This document shows, one piece after another, positions 20,801 to 29,894 of a DNA stretch of 64,000 bases. A program made the translations under genes and the position numbers. Each line of letters opens with the position of its first letter. The stretch's first letter is position 1. Origin of the DNA: a virus; the IMG/VR virus record IMGVR_UViG_3300048104_000741, positions 1-64,000 of that record; one strand, 5' to 3'. The notes beneath the pieces were generated by a model, which saw only the letters and a list, made by a program, of their open reading frames with translations, searched no databases and had not been told where the DNA came from.

Positions 20801-21175
20801 AAATGTGGAATGCCTAAAAAAATAGATTTAAATCACATAAATGTTTCAAAAGTAACAGATATGACGGAAATGTTTCGTAACAATTGGTCTGGGTGTTGCT
20901 CTGCTGTTCCTGTGAGCAATGGGGGTTCAGGAGTTGCCACTCAGATAGGAATTTCAGAATGGAGGCCCGTGAACTTAAAGTATGCTTCATCTATGCTTAG
21001 AGACTGGTGTGAAGTACCGGACTTAACAAAATGGGAGACGCCTAACCTGAGGAGTTATATATGGAATGGGTATAATCCATACTACAGCACCTACGAGACC
21101 GAGATGAGAGCTAAAGCTCCCACCTCTTGGAAGATTGAAGCAGGGGGAAGCCTCGTTCCTCATTGGTTTAATTGA
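17804..21175 (+). CDS. Large mosaic protein: leishmanolysin-like zinc metalloprotease with an inserted beta domain, Pro/Thr linker, PKD-like units and BspA/DUF285-type LRRs
   Basis: HEAAHILG, PIENDGGAGTAGSHPEE, PSTPTPTP, IDWGDG/IDWGEG, repeats LSQWDSRNIVSMNRMF and VSKVTDMTEMF. Confidence 0.7.
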   Translation: MNKKKTVSSDVLASDIAPSFPVDQSGNSLTISTYADMPDNSYEKWAYSFDDILYVEKEWTDFQSGSLQIDLDGTESAIHFRGMNNSILSSSKAESSLQSSSLFSITFDSGANFSETVKSQVTQGFLKWSDLISGIKPSNSSNPTVSHNIEVTVKAFAENSSKVGSAIITNTDTVEGSTFAISGDISLNTNNIDAYSTKFLQVAGPTSNKTYTVTVSNGDFYIDGAQQPTLALTEGNTYKFDQSDSSNSNHPLRFSTTSDGIHNSGSEYTTGVTTAGTLGSAGAFTQIVIAAGAPTLYVYCKTHSGMGFQVNTETGNSYQVSVLTSIIVHEAAHILGLGTLWSDRGFIKTHSNGSTYYDGVKALEEYKTIFSNWPDSSSFIGIPIENDGGAGTAGSHPEEGFKTFVSFTSDYAQFGGLIYPGLQDEINTGFMTEDNYMPLSKISVGFADDLGFVVDYDKADDFVAHDPPSTPTPTPAPPAEGDGITMYFEDTSSVSLPIAQIGWKPTTDHLGNQITHYKNDGPDSSIVIDWGDGTTQTLTKGQEGVITKTYASNSGVKTVNITGHLVKYGTPDLVVTGGSENTDVVQSNTKMTKLVIKGMDFLEDTSYAFYKTLMLETVDLADFKSPSLEKCAFMFAIEKLIFETNGKLHCSAPFGLNTPVLKSIDISSMNFFDVTWWTGMFRAQKNLETISGAENLFFRYGNDFGGNSNRNTFSALGTGGTMDASTSIFSGCDSLASLDLSSYGFAYEEGTGFSVSDAYIAANSDWLDTYTTLDCIYDPLCESLSNSWNAAFMKIPSNRPQWDSFKPYRQSGGDFCNNSGDYIELKFSAARLASINRTVSFEFTHHLLHWAQDSYVELTAGNWGPDPDSEPHVYIDWGEGAGNQEYAWSNSASFTYPDSNTERTIKISGDLSWITCKHASSAKIIGMRSLEKTDRMFKCDYGKELDSLDLSQWDSRNIVSMNRMFYYQNLNALSDSNGEFTGLSNFSSKKLTDMAYLFWKCGMPKKIDLNHINVSKVTDMTEMFRNNWSGCCSAVPVSNGGSGVATQIGISEWRPVNLKYASSMLRDWCEVPDLTKWETPNLRSYIWNGYNPYYSTYETEMRAKAPTSWKIEAGGSLVPHWFN

Positions 21176-21220
21176 TAAAATTTTTACATTCAGATACGCG
21201 CTTTAAGTGTATACTTTAGT

Positions 21221-21454
21221 ATGACTAAAGAAGGTGAATATATAGACGACGACGACATTTTTTTTGTGTCCCCTAGGGACTACGATGAGCAAACTGACGC
21301 TTTAAGATTTGACCTGGACGATCTAGTTGATAGGTATACAAGTGAATTTGATTTAAATACGATAACTATCATAGGAGCGCTCCAAGAAAAAATTGAGGAG
21401 TTAGCTGATTCGGGAAATATCGAGTTCACAATGGATGAAGATTTTTTTAATTAA
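21221..21454 (+). CDS. Small acidic hypothetical protein
   Basis: 77 aa, very D/E-rich; GTGTA-N9-ATG upstream. Confidence 0.65.
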   Translation: MTKEGEYIDDDDIFFVSPRDYDEQTDALRFDLDDLVDRYTSEFDLNTITIIGALQEKIEELADSGNIEFTMDEDFFN

Positions 21455-21468
21455 ATATTATATTAATA

Positions 21469-21882
21469 ATGAATATAATAGTCGGAGAGATGTTCAAGTT
21501 AACTTTTTATAAAAAGTTTTTTAATTGTTTTTTTAAGACGTACCTAAAAAGCGGATCTTACTCCTACGATCAAATTATAAAAATAGACTTAGAGTTAAGA
21601 TTTTTCTTTAATGAAAACTTAAAGCGAAAAAAAGATCCTAAAAAGGTTAGAGAAGAATTATGCGTCAATTTATCTAACTCTTTTAAGAGTCCATTTGATG
21701 TAGAGTGTCTCGTTTATAACTATCAAAGCACAGAGCTTTCAGACGTTTCTAATTTTGCCTTTGAGGATATTTTCAACTTTAAATTTTGCCCTACTATAAA
21801 ATGTTCTACCGAAGAATATTTATCTCATTTATTATTTTTTTATTTTAAAAATGGAAAACTATTCAAAAATACCAATTCATAA
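21469..21882 (+). CDS. Hypothetical protein
   Basis: ORF track; packed between neighbours. Confidence 0.5.
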   Translation: MNIIVGEMFKLTFYKKFFNCFFKTYLKSGSYSYDQIIKIDLELRFFFNENLKRKKDPKKVREELCVNLSNSFKSPFDVECLVYNYQSTELSDVSNFAFEDIFNFKFCPTIKCSTEEYLSHLLFFYFKNGKLFKNTNS

Positions 21883-22360
21883 AGAATCTCCCTATATAGT
21901 CAACTCTATAATAGAAATAGAAGAGGGCTCGAGAAATAAATATGAGTTTGATAAAAATCTCAACGCTTTTGTTTTTGACAGAATTTTAAGGTCAGCGATG
22001 GTCTATCCTTGTAATTACGGCTTTATACCCAACACAATGGCTGACGATGGAGACGCCTTGGATGTCTTAGTTTATAGCCCCGAACCTATAAAAAGAGCTA
22101 CTTTAGTCGAGTCTAGGGTTATTGGATGCTTAGACATGGAAGACGGAGGCTTCAAAGATTATAAGATTTTTGCAGTGCCATCTTTTTTTAGGGAAGATTT
22201 TAGCATTTTGAAACATCTTGATCCAGATATTTTAGACATATTTGAAAATTTCTTCTTAAGATATAAAGATTTAAGTCATAGCGAGTCGCACGTCTCCTTA
22301 AAGGGGTGGCTTACCAAGGAAGAAACTTTTAAAATTATAAACGAAAGTGTTTTAAAATGA
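21851..22360 (+). CDS. ppa: Family I soluble inorganic pyrophosphatase
   Basis: IEIEEGSRNKYE, YPCNYGFIPNT, DGDALDVLV, MEDGGFKDYK, FFLRYK. Confidence 0.93.
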   Translation: MENYSKIPIHKESPYIVNSIIEIEEGSRNKYEFDKNLNAFVFDRILRSAMVYPCNYGFIPNTMADDGDALDVLVYSPEPIKRATLVESRVIGCLDMEDGGFKDYKIFAVPSFFREDFSILKHLDPDILDIFENFFLRYKDLSHSESHVSLKGWLTKEETFKIINESVLK

Positions 22361-22457
22361 TTTCTATACTGCTTCTATCAATCTTATATTTTTTTTGTGA
22401 AAGATATTATTTAAATATCCCGAAGGGAAAACATATAAAAGACTTGCGATTAAATAA

Positions 22458-22667
22458 ATGAAACCAGTTTTACTTCTCTCTTTTTTGTTTTTGTTTGGGT
22501 GTTATCCAATAAAAGTAAAAGAGAAGGAAAGAGACTGGAAAGAAATTTACAAGAAAGAAATGCTTAAAGCTAGGGAAAATCAAGATAGAGATGCTTATTT
22601 CTTTTTTCTTAAAGAGTACGAGAAAGAATTCGAAAAGTCTGCGGCAAATAAAAATACTATTGACTAA
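22458..22667 (+). CDS. Putative lipoprotein
   Basis: Lipobox LFLFGC after a hydrophobic N-terminus. Confidence 0.6.
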   Translation: MKPVLLLSFLFLFGCYPIKVKEKERDWKEIYKKEMLKARENQDRDAYFFFLKEYEKEFEKSAANKNTID

Positions 22668-22694
22668 AAAGTCTTTTTGTGTTATATTTATAGT

Positions 22695-23489
22695 ATGACA
22701 CAAAAAATTATTGAAAATTCTTTCGTTGATAAACTAATTAGTTTCGGGGAATCCTTATCTAAGGAAATTGTAGATATACAAAACTCCGATTTTGAGGTAA
22801 ATCAAAAAGAAGATGAGTCCCCGCTGACTAAAGCTGATTTGCATTCTAATTCTCGAATTAAATCTTTCTTAAAGGAAAATCACTCGCTAAGTAACATTTT
22901 ATCTGAAGAAGATAAATCTGTTGATTTCGACTTAAGAAAAAAATGGGAGTATTATTGGGTAATAGATCCTATAGACGGAACAAAAGAATTTGTTAAAGGT
23001 CGAGAAGATTATTGTGTAAATATAGCTTTATGCAGAGGTTCTGATCCTATTTTTGGATATGTTTTAGTCCCCAAGTCTAAGGATTATTATTTGGGAGGAG
23101 AAGATTTTAATGCGGAAAAAAATGGATCCCCTATAAAATGTGGAAAAGTCTCGAGCTCAAGCAAGATGAGGATCGTAGCTTCCAATTCGCATATAAATGA
23201 AGCTACTCAGTCTTACATTGATGACGTAAAAAAAGATTTTGAAGTTGAAGTTTTAAAAGTTGGAAGTTCTTTGAAATTTTGCTTAATAGCTGAAAACAAG
23301 GCGGATATATATCCGAGAATAGGTCCGACTATGGAATGGGACACCTGCGCCCCACATGCCATTCTAAATTCGGCGGGAGGGAATGTTTCGGAGTATCTAT
23401 CGCCTTCAAGCTTAAAATATAATAAAGAGAATCTTCTAAACCCAAGTTTTGTTGCTTCGGGATTTTTGGTTTTCCCCACTGTAATTTAA
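22695..23489 (+). CDS. cysQ: 3'(2'),5'-bisphosphate nucleotidase (CysQ, inositol monophosphatase family)
   Basis: SPLTKAD, LSEE, WVIDPIDGTKEF, GSSLKFC, YPRIGPTMEWDTCA, YNKENLLNP. Confidence 0.92.
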   Translation: MTQKIIENSFVDKLISFGESLSKEIVDIQNSDFEVNQKEDESPLTKADLHSNSRIKSFLKENHSLSNILSEEDKSVDFDLRKKWEYYWVIDPIDGTKEFVKGREDYCVNIALCRGSDPIFGYVLVPKSKDYYLGGEDFNAEKNGSPIKCGKVSSSSKMRIVASNSHINEATQSYIDDVKKDFEVEVLKVGSSLKFCLIAENKADIYPRIGPTMEWDTCAPHAILNSAGGNVSEYLSPSSLKYNKENLLNPSFVASGFLVFPTVI

Positions 23490-23514
23490 AGATTTTAATT
23501 ACACTCGTTTATAT

Positions 23515-25149
23515 ATGGCAAATAAAAGCCCCAGAGTAAAAGACAAGTGGATATCTATAGAATACGAGGGAGTGAACTATCGAAGTGTAGCAGCTTGTGC
23601 TGAGGCTATAGGTATTGGAAAAGCTGTTCTATACAGAGGTTTTAAGAAAAAGTTAAATATTTATCAAATCGTCGAAAGACATAATACCCATGGGCCTAGT
23701 ACTTCAATACCCATGGAGTATAAAGGTAAACTTTATGAGTCTACTGCTGCTTTTTGTCGAGATCACAATATTCACCCCGCAACTTTTCTTAGCAGAAGAA
23801 AAGCTGGTGATTCCATTGATCACATACTTAAAACTTATCAACCTCAAGTAGTTATCAAATGGTCGGAAGAAAAAGTCAAGAATGCAGTTTTAGAAATTTA
23901 TAAAAAATTTAACGATGGAAAACCTTGCGGCTTAAGCGTTTCTGATGTTCGTCAATATATTGTAGACAATAATCTCGCATCTTTATCCAGAGAAATAGTA
24001 AAATATTTTGGATCAAAACCTAATCTTGATAAAGAGCTCGGGCTGGAAAAAATAGACAGAGGACTTCCTTGTAGAGCGTCTTTTGATCAATTTATTATTG
24101 ATTTTAAAAAAACTTGGAGCGATCCTGATTCGGAATTCTCAAAATGGTTAAAACATATTGGGCACGAAGGTTACCCCTTTGATTATTCTGATTCTGAATA
24201 TAAAAATAACCATACAAGTGTAAAAATTTTCTGCAACATATGTAAAAATCCCTTTTATCAATTAGTCGATTCGCACAAAAAAGGATTCTGCGGTTGCAAA
24301 AATTGCATACCTAAGTATAGAAGTTTTAAAACCCAACAATATACTATCGAAGATATATTTAGATTAGCCATTGAAAAGCATGGAACCGACCTTGAATATA
24401 ACTTTGAAAAAACAAAAAAAGAATATACAGGGTATTCTCATAGCTATATTTATTATGTTTGCCCTAAACATCGAGATAATGGAGAGCGTAAAGTTTCCTG
24501 CCAGAATCATTTATTAAATGGCCATGGATGCCCATCTTGCGGCAGTATTCAAAGTGGAATCTCTAACACTGAATCCCTCGAAGAGAACATAAGAAAGAGT
24601 GAAGCAAAACATGGTAAAGGGCGCTACGATTATAGCTATATAAAAGAAGAAGACTTTAAAACAAAAAAAGATAAAGTAAAAATCTTTTGCCCTGAACTTG
24701 ATAAAGATGGGAATCCTCATGGATTTTTTCTTCAAACTTGGAGCAATCATATTGCTGGATCTGGATGCCCAAAATGCAATACATTAAATAACTCAAAAGC
24801 TGTTCAACTAATTACTCAAATACTCTTAAAGCATAATATTAATTTCGAAAGAGAAAAAAGATTTCCTGAGTGCAAAAATAAAAAACCTTTACCATTTGAT
24901 TTTCTTTTGGTAGATTACAATATACTCATTGAATTCGATGGAATACAACATTTTGAACCCATGAGATGGTACAATAATCACCCTGCTGACCCAAAAAAAG
25001 CAGAAGAAAAACTCCTACAAACCCAAGCTAACGACAAAATAAAGAATAACTGGTCTAAGAAATCTCCCTATACTTTATATAGAATTCCTTATGATAAAAA
25101 CGTCGAAAAAGAATTGAATAAAATTTTAATTAAAAATAAAGTAATATGA
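23515..25149 (+). CDS. Homing-endonuclease-like protein with HTH and zinc-ribbon repeats and a C-terminal Vsr/DUF559-like nuclease
   Basis: Two YxSxAAxxxxxxI repeats, several CxxC/CxxH...GCPxC modules, LPFDF...IEFDGIQHF...DKIKN. Confidence 0.7.
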   Translation: MANKSPRVKDKWISIEYEGVNYRSVAACAEAIGIGKAVLYRGFKKKLNIYQIVERHNTHGPSTSIPMEYKGKLYESTAAFCRDHNIHPATFLSRRKAGDSIDHILKTYQPQVVIKWSEEKVKNAVLEIYKKFNDGKPCGLSVSDVRQYIVDNNLASLSREIVKYFGSKPNLDKELGLEKIDRGLPCRASFDQFIIDFKKTWSDPDSEFSKWLKHIGHEGYPFDYSDSEYKNNHTSVKIFCNICKNPFYQLVDSHKKGFCGCKNCIPKYRSFKTQQYTIEDIFRLAIEKHGTDLEYNFEKTKKEYTGYSHSYIYYVCPKHRDNGERKVSCQNHLLNGHGCPSCGSIQSGISNTESLEENIRKSEAKHGKGRYDYSYIKEEDFKTKKDKVKIFCPELDKDGNPHGFFLQTWSNHIAGSGCPKCNTLNNSKAVQLITQILLKHNINFEREKRFPECKNKKPLPFDFLLVDYNILIEFDGIQHFEPMRWYNNHPADPKKAEEKLLQTQANDKIKNNWSKKSPYTLYRIPYDKNVEKELNKILIKNKVI

Positions 25150-26366
25150 AAATTAATAAAAAATTAAAAAACGCAGAGTTCGAATACGATGAAGAAACAA
25201 AGGTTTTTACCATTATGGAGCAAGATGGCTTCCACGGTCATATTCAATTAAATAAGGTATACGCTTTTGCTTTCATGCGTTTTGTTGTTAGAATGGCTCA
25301 AAGAAATTGGCTAAAAAACCCGAAAAAGAATCATAAATATGAGCCTGAGGCCCTAGAGAAAGAAAACGAAGATCAATTAAAAATGTTTTAAAGTTTATAT
25401 TGAATTAAAGATATATAAAGTATAATATATAATATACATGACAAACAATAAAAAAAATAAACCAAAAATAATTTACTCCTCAGAAATAGAAGAATTTTTC
25501 TGGGAGGATTCTGACATTTCTGTATCTGAAGGCTTTCCTGTAGGCGTAGAAATTGACAATGGAGATCGCGTAGATTTAGTTTTATGCGAGGGAATTTACC
25601 ATGAGCACAAAGAGAGCAGAGCCTAGACTTTTTCAATTTAGAGTGAAATATAACGCTGGTTCTTATCATTCTGCTATGGATAGTCATCATTATTATTATG
25701 CAAAAAACGAGCAAGAAGCTTTAAATAATCATAATTTCGTAATCAAGAAAACGGGCTCTTCTCAGACTCTAAAAGTTGAAAAATTCAATCCTTATTCGGG
25801 AAAGTGGGAAGACAAAAGCGAAATTTTAGCGAAGAATATTAGCTTTGATTTTCAAAATTGAACATGAAATCTTCAAATATAGTATATTCAGAGCATGGTT
25901 TAGACGAGTGTTTTGAGTATAAAAATGGATCTGGTAGAGTGCCAGATGGATTGGCTGTTGGCTTTGTAAAAAATTTCTCTGGGAGTACTTTGAGAGATTT
26001 ATTTCTTTTTGATGATATAATTTATAGTAATTACGATCACGACTATTGGGACAACCTAGAGTTGGAAAATGACGTAGATAGATTAATATTGCCATGATTG
26101 CTTTTAATAAAGACTTCGGGGATCTTGGCAAAAAAAAAGTTAGTAAGCTTATTGACCTCCAAGATCTTTTGGATTTGGCCTCCGAAATGGAGGCTGAGAT
26201 GGAGCAGGAAGAGAAAAAGCTACAAACTTTCGAAAATGTAGATCTTTCTAAAATTTTAGAATTGATATATAATTCCTTATTTTTAGATAAAAATTCTCAA
26301 ATTGAATTAGCTATCGTAAAATCCGACAATAACTCCTTAAGTTTATCCATGTCTTCAAAAAAATGA
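25146..26366 (+). other. Run of five small hypothetical ORFs (25146, 25438, 25601, 25858, 26094)
   Basis: Overlapping start/stop codons in the ORF track. Confidence 0.5.
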
Positions 26367-26914
26367 CTAAAGAAAAAGTAGATAAAGAAAAAAATTACTC
26401 AAAAAAAATCGAGCGAATAAAACCTATATTAATGGGATTTGCGTTAAAAAAAATTCGAAACCGCGTAGACGCTGAAGATGTAGTTCAAAATTGTCTTATT
26501 ATTTTATTTAAGAAAGAAGCTCTTTTTGATTCGAGTAAAAGTTTCTTCAACTGGGCTTTTACTATTTTAAATTTCCAAATAAAAGGTTTTTTTTCTCAGC
26601 GCTCAAGATCAAAAGAAGATTTAGTCGGTGAAGTTGAAAATTCTTCTAACAATGCGCATGCCGACTATATAAATTCTAGAGATTTTTTAGAAAAGAAAAG
26701 AGATCAGTTACGCCTATTAAATCTAAACAAAGATTGCCTATCAACTAGAGAGTCTCAAGTCTTAAATTTGACATTAAAAGGTTTTAAACAAATAGAAATA
26801 TCTCGAGAGTTGAAAATTCGATCCTGCCATGTAAGCAATTACAACAAGAATTTAATAACTAAGATGAAATCAAGACTTTCAAACGAGGTGGCAAAAACCT
26901 CCAATCATTATTAA
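26363..26914 (+). CDS. ECF-type RNA polymerase sigma factor
   Basis: DAEDVVQN, SFFNWAFTI, LSTRESQVL...GFKQIEISREL. Confidence 0.85.
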   Translation: MTKEKVDKEKNYSKKIERIKPILMGFALKKIRNRVDAEDVVQNCLIILFKKEALFDSSKSFFNWAFTILNFQIKGFFSQRSRSKEDLVGEVENSSNNAHADYINSRDFLEKKRDQLRLLNLNKDCLSTRESQVLNLTLKGFKQIEISRELKIRSCHVSNYNKNLITKMKSRLSNEVAKTSNHY

Positions 26915-27482
26915 AAGAAAATTAAATAATACTTCTCGCAAATCTTCTATTTTAAAGCTGAGATCGCAAGGAAAAAGTTATAGTGAAATCGAAAAAGAGC
27001 TGGGTTGCTCTAGGTCTACCATATCATACCATTGCGGCACGGGAAGTGAAAAAAAAAGAGCAAAAGCTTCAAATAAAAACACCTCTCCTCTTTGCAAAAA
27101 GGTTTCAAACTTTAAAAGTCGATGCTCAAGAGCTAATTATAAAATTTTTAGATCTAAATTTAAAACCTTTAAAAAACGAAGTAAAGGCTCCAAAAACATT
27201 GTGAATAATGTATCAAAAAATTATTCCTGCAAGGATGTAATAAATAAAATTGGAAAAAATCCCATCTGTTATCTTACGGGAGAAAAAATAGATCTAAATA
27301 AACCCCAAACCTATAATTTAGACCATTTAATTCCAACCTCAAAAGGAGGCTCTAATGACCTTTCCAATCTTGGTATTTGTTTAAGAGACGCAAACCAAGC
27401 TAAGGGGGATTTGCTTGTCGACGAGTTGCATTCTCTGTGTGAAAAAATTTTAAGCTGGAAGAAAAAATGCGATTCCCCTTAG
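26910..27482 (+). CDS. HNH endonuclease with N-terminal HTH (non-canonical ATT start or lost ATG)
   Basis: The frame of ORF 27201-27482 is open from 26868 and encodes LRSQGKSYSEIEKELGCSRSTISYHC, then CYLTG...LDHLIPTSKGGSNDLSNL...NQAK. Confidence 0.65.
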   Translation: MKRKLNNTSRKSSILKLRSQGKSYSEIEKELGCSRSTISYHCGTGSEKKRAKASNKNTSPLCKKVSNFKSRCSRANYKIFRSKFKTFKKRSKGSKNIVNNVSKNYSCKDVINKIGKNPICYLTGEKIDLNKPQTYNLDHLIPTSKGGSNDLSNLGICLRDANQAKGDLLVDELHSLCEKILSWKKKCDSP

Positions 27483-27823
27483 AAACTCATTTTTTTGTAG
27501 ATTGTGGGTCTTTTTTTGAAGCGAAGCTCGCGGGTTTTTATGATGAATTTTGCGAAGAGCTTATTTATATTAAAAGTTCTGAAGACCCTGAATTAAATTT
27601 AACTCCAAGCGAAATTGAAGAAATATCCGAAACTCCAGACTTATTCGACATCAATTTTATTGAATCTGGGGAAATTTTAACTAATTGCAAGATTTTTTAC
27701 TTAGAATCTTATAATAATTATTATATGCTTCAAAAAGATTTCGTGCCTGACAGCGTTTTAATTCAATGTTGGAAGCTTCTTAAGGTGGAAGACTTGTTTG
27801 ATCCCAATGACTATTGGTTTTAG
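27467..27823 (+). CDS. Hypothetical acidic protein
   Basis: ORF track. Confidence 0.5.
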   Translation: MRFPLETHFFVDCGSFFEAKLAGFYDEFCEELIYIKSSEDPELNLTPSEIEEISETPDLFDINFIESGEILTNCKIFYLESYNNYYMLQKDFVPDSVLIQCWKLLKVEDLFDPNDYWF

Positions 27824-27888
27824 TTTTAAAAACAAATCTCTTTTTTTGCAAATATAGACCTAAAAAAGTTTTTAGTGTATTTTTTTCT

Positions 27889-28293
27889 GTGGAAAAATAC
27901 GATAAAGAGCACAAACACCTGCTAATAAACGCGACTTTTGAAAAAACGCCTTTCATTGATGAAGCTTTCACCCGATCTTGGATTTCTAATTTGGTAGATA
28001 TTATTGGAATGGAAGAACTCTTAACTCCTCAATCAGCCCGTTCAGAAGAAAAAGGAAATGAAGGGGTTAGCGCTTTTTGCATAATCACAACTAGTCACAT
28101 TTGTCTACATTCTTGGGAAAAAATGAAACCAAATTTAGTGCAGTTAGACGTTTATAGCTGTAAAGATTTTTGTCAATTTTTAATATTAGATGAATTAAAA
28201 AAATTCAAACCAATAAGGCTTGGTGGAAAATATCTAGACAGAAGTATTGAAAATACTAGGGGATGGGAAATGGGCAGAGAGGATCTTTTTTAA
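27889..28293 (+). CDS. speD: S-adenosylmethionine decarboxylase proenzyme (pyruvoyl-dependent)
   Basis: HKHLLI, GVSAFCIITTSHICLHSW, LDVYSC. Start placed at GTG 27889, 9 nt after GTGTA. Confidence 0.8.
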   Translation: MEKYDKEHKHLLINATFEKTPFIDEAFTRSWISNLVDIIGMEELLTPQSARSEEKGNEGVSAFCIITTSHICLHSWEKMKPNLVQLDVYSCKDFCQFLILDELKKFKPIRLGGKYLDRSIENTRGWEMGREDLF

Positions 28294-28294
28294 T

Positions 28295-29068
28295 TTGAAA
28301 ATACACTTTAAGCATTATTCGGGTTCCATATCTCAGTATGATTATTTGTTTTTTGATTGTATGGCTGAATTAAAACCTCAAGAGGAGAATGAAGCTTTAG
28401 AAGGGGGCTGGTTGCCCGATGATTATTTAATTATTAAAAATAAAAATGGAAAAACGAAGAGTTCTCGCTGGTATCAAGCTAGGCAAACTAGAATTGCTTT
28501 AAAAAACTATAAAGACACAAAAAGTGCCAAAAAAACTAGAAAAAAATGCAGCGATATAAATGTAAAATCTATTAAAGCTAATGAGGTTGATATGCCTGAA
28601 TTAGAGTTGATTTTTTCAAAATATACTCAATATAAAAATTTTAAACAATGGGAGCTAAAACCTCTAATTTCTTCTGAGGTCGAGAGGAAATATTTTTTAA
28701 TTTATTATTTAAATAATAAAGCAATAGCTTTTACCTTTATGAGGGATGTTGGCTCAAACAGCGTTTTCTCCACTCAATTTGCTTGGGACTATCAAAACCC
28801 GAAATTATATCTTGGCAAATATGCAACTTTAGCTGAGATTGATCATTCTATCAATAGCGGAAGAGACTATATGTACCTTGGCTTAGGGTATGAAAAGTGC
28901 TGTATTTACAAATCAGATTATAATGGTTTTGAATTTTGGACTGGAGAGGAATGGTCTAACGATGTAGAGCATTATAAATTTTTATGCGAAAGAGATTCAA
29001 AAATAATTAAAACTAGCGATCTCGATAAGGTAAAAAGGCATGATGATAAATATTTTTATAATAAATAA
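28295..29068 (+). CDS. Arginyl/leucyl-tRNA-protein transferase-like (ATE/Bpt C-terminal GNAT-type domain)
   Basis: ALEGGW, WYQARQTRI, FAWDYxxPKLYLGKYATLAEI, YMYLGLGYEKCCIYK. Confidence 0.6.
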   Translation: MKIHFKHYSGSISQYDYLFFDCMAELKPQEENEALEGGWLPDDYLIIKNKNGKTKSSRWYQARQTRIALKNYKDTKSAKKTRKKCSDINVKSIKANEVDMPELELIFSKYTQYKNFKQWELKPLISSEVERKYFLIYYLNNKAIAFTFMRDVGSNSVFSTQFAWDYQNPKLYLGKYATLAEIDHSINSGRDYMYLGLGYEKCCIYKSDYNGFEFWTGEEWSNDVEHYKFLCERDSKIIKTSDLDKVKRHDDKYFYNK

Positions 29069-29527
29069 ATGATTAAAGATTATATAGATTACATTTCCAT
29101 CAAGAGGAAGGAGCTTGGGGGTCATGCTATCTGCCCATTTGCTAAAAGTTTTTTAAATAAAACTCAAATAATAGAATCTAAAAACTTTATGAAAGATGCT
29201 TTTCGATGTATTCAGAATGAAAAACATCCAATGCTTTACTTAATATATGGCGATGCAAAAAAATTCGACAAAAAATGGCTAGAAGAATTCTGCGATGATC
29301 ACCAACAATTTGCTAAGATAAAAGACCTTTGGCTCATTTGGGATCATCCCGATCAAATAAACGAGATAAATGGGGTAAAAACAAACAATGATAAATATGC
29401 GGTATTATTAATACAAGGGTTAACTGAGCTTAATAAATATTCAAAAAAGCTACATAAAACAAATTATTATGGATTTTGGGATAAAATATATTATAATAAA
29501 ATAGTAAAAGATAGAAAAATATCATGA
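29069..29527 (+). CDS. DUF1415-like hypothetical protein
   Basis: ICPFAK, WDHP, LLIQ, YYGFW motifs. Confidence 0.5.
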   Translation: MIKDYIDYISIKRKELGGHAICPFAKSFLNKTQIIESKNFMKDAFRCIQNEKHPMLYLIYGDAKKFDKKWLEEFCDDHQQFAKIKDLWLIWDHPDQINEINGVKTNNDKYAVLLIQGLTELNKYSKKLHKTNYYGFWDKIYYNKIVKDRKIS

Positions 29528-29886
29528 ATAATCAAGCAAAATTTGTAGAAAAAAGATGGGGACATGAAATATGGTTCGCAAATAACGAGGCTGAAAATTA
29601 CTGCGGTAAAGAGCTATTGATCAAAGAAGGTAGTCACACATCAATGCACTTTCATTTAGAAAAGCATGAAGTGTTTTATATATTAGAAGGTCAGCTTGCT
29701 CTTGAATTAATTTGCACAAAAATTGGTCAGTCAAGTCAAATCATCTTGAATAAAGGTGACAAGTATGAGATAGAACAGGGTCAGCCACATCAATTAATTG
29801 CTCACAATGGTTCAGTAAAATTGATTGAAGCAAGCACATTCCATAAAAACTCAGACTCTTACAGAATATATGATGAGCTAAGATGA
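29524..29886 (+). CDS. Cupin protein (sugar isomerase-like)
   Basis: VEKRWGHE, YCGK, SMHFHLEKHEVFY, PHQL, EAST...DSYR. Confidence 0.75.
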   Translation: MNNQAKFVEKRWGHEIWFANNEAENYCGKELLIKEGSHTSMHFHLEKHEVFYILEGQLALELICTKIGQSSQIILNKGDKYEIEQGQPHQLIAHNGSVKLIEASTFHKNSDSYRIYDELR

Positions 29887-29894
29887 GGTTATAG

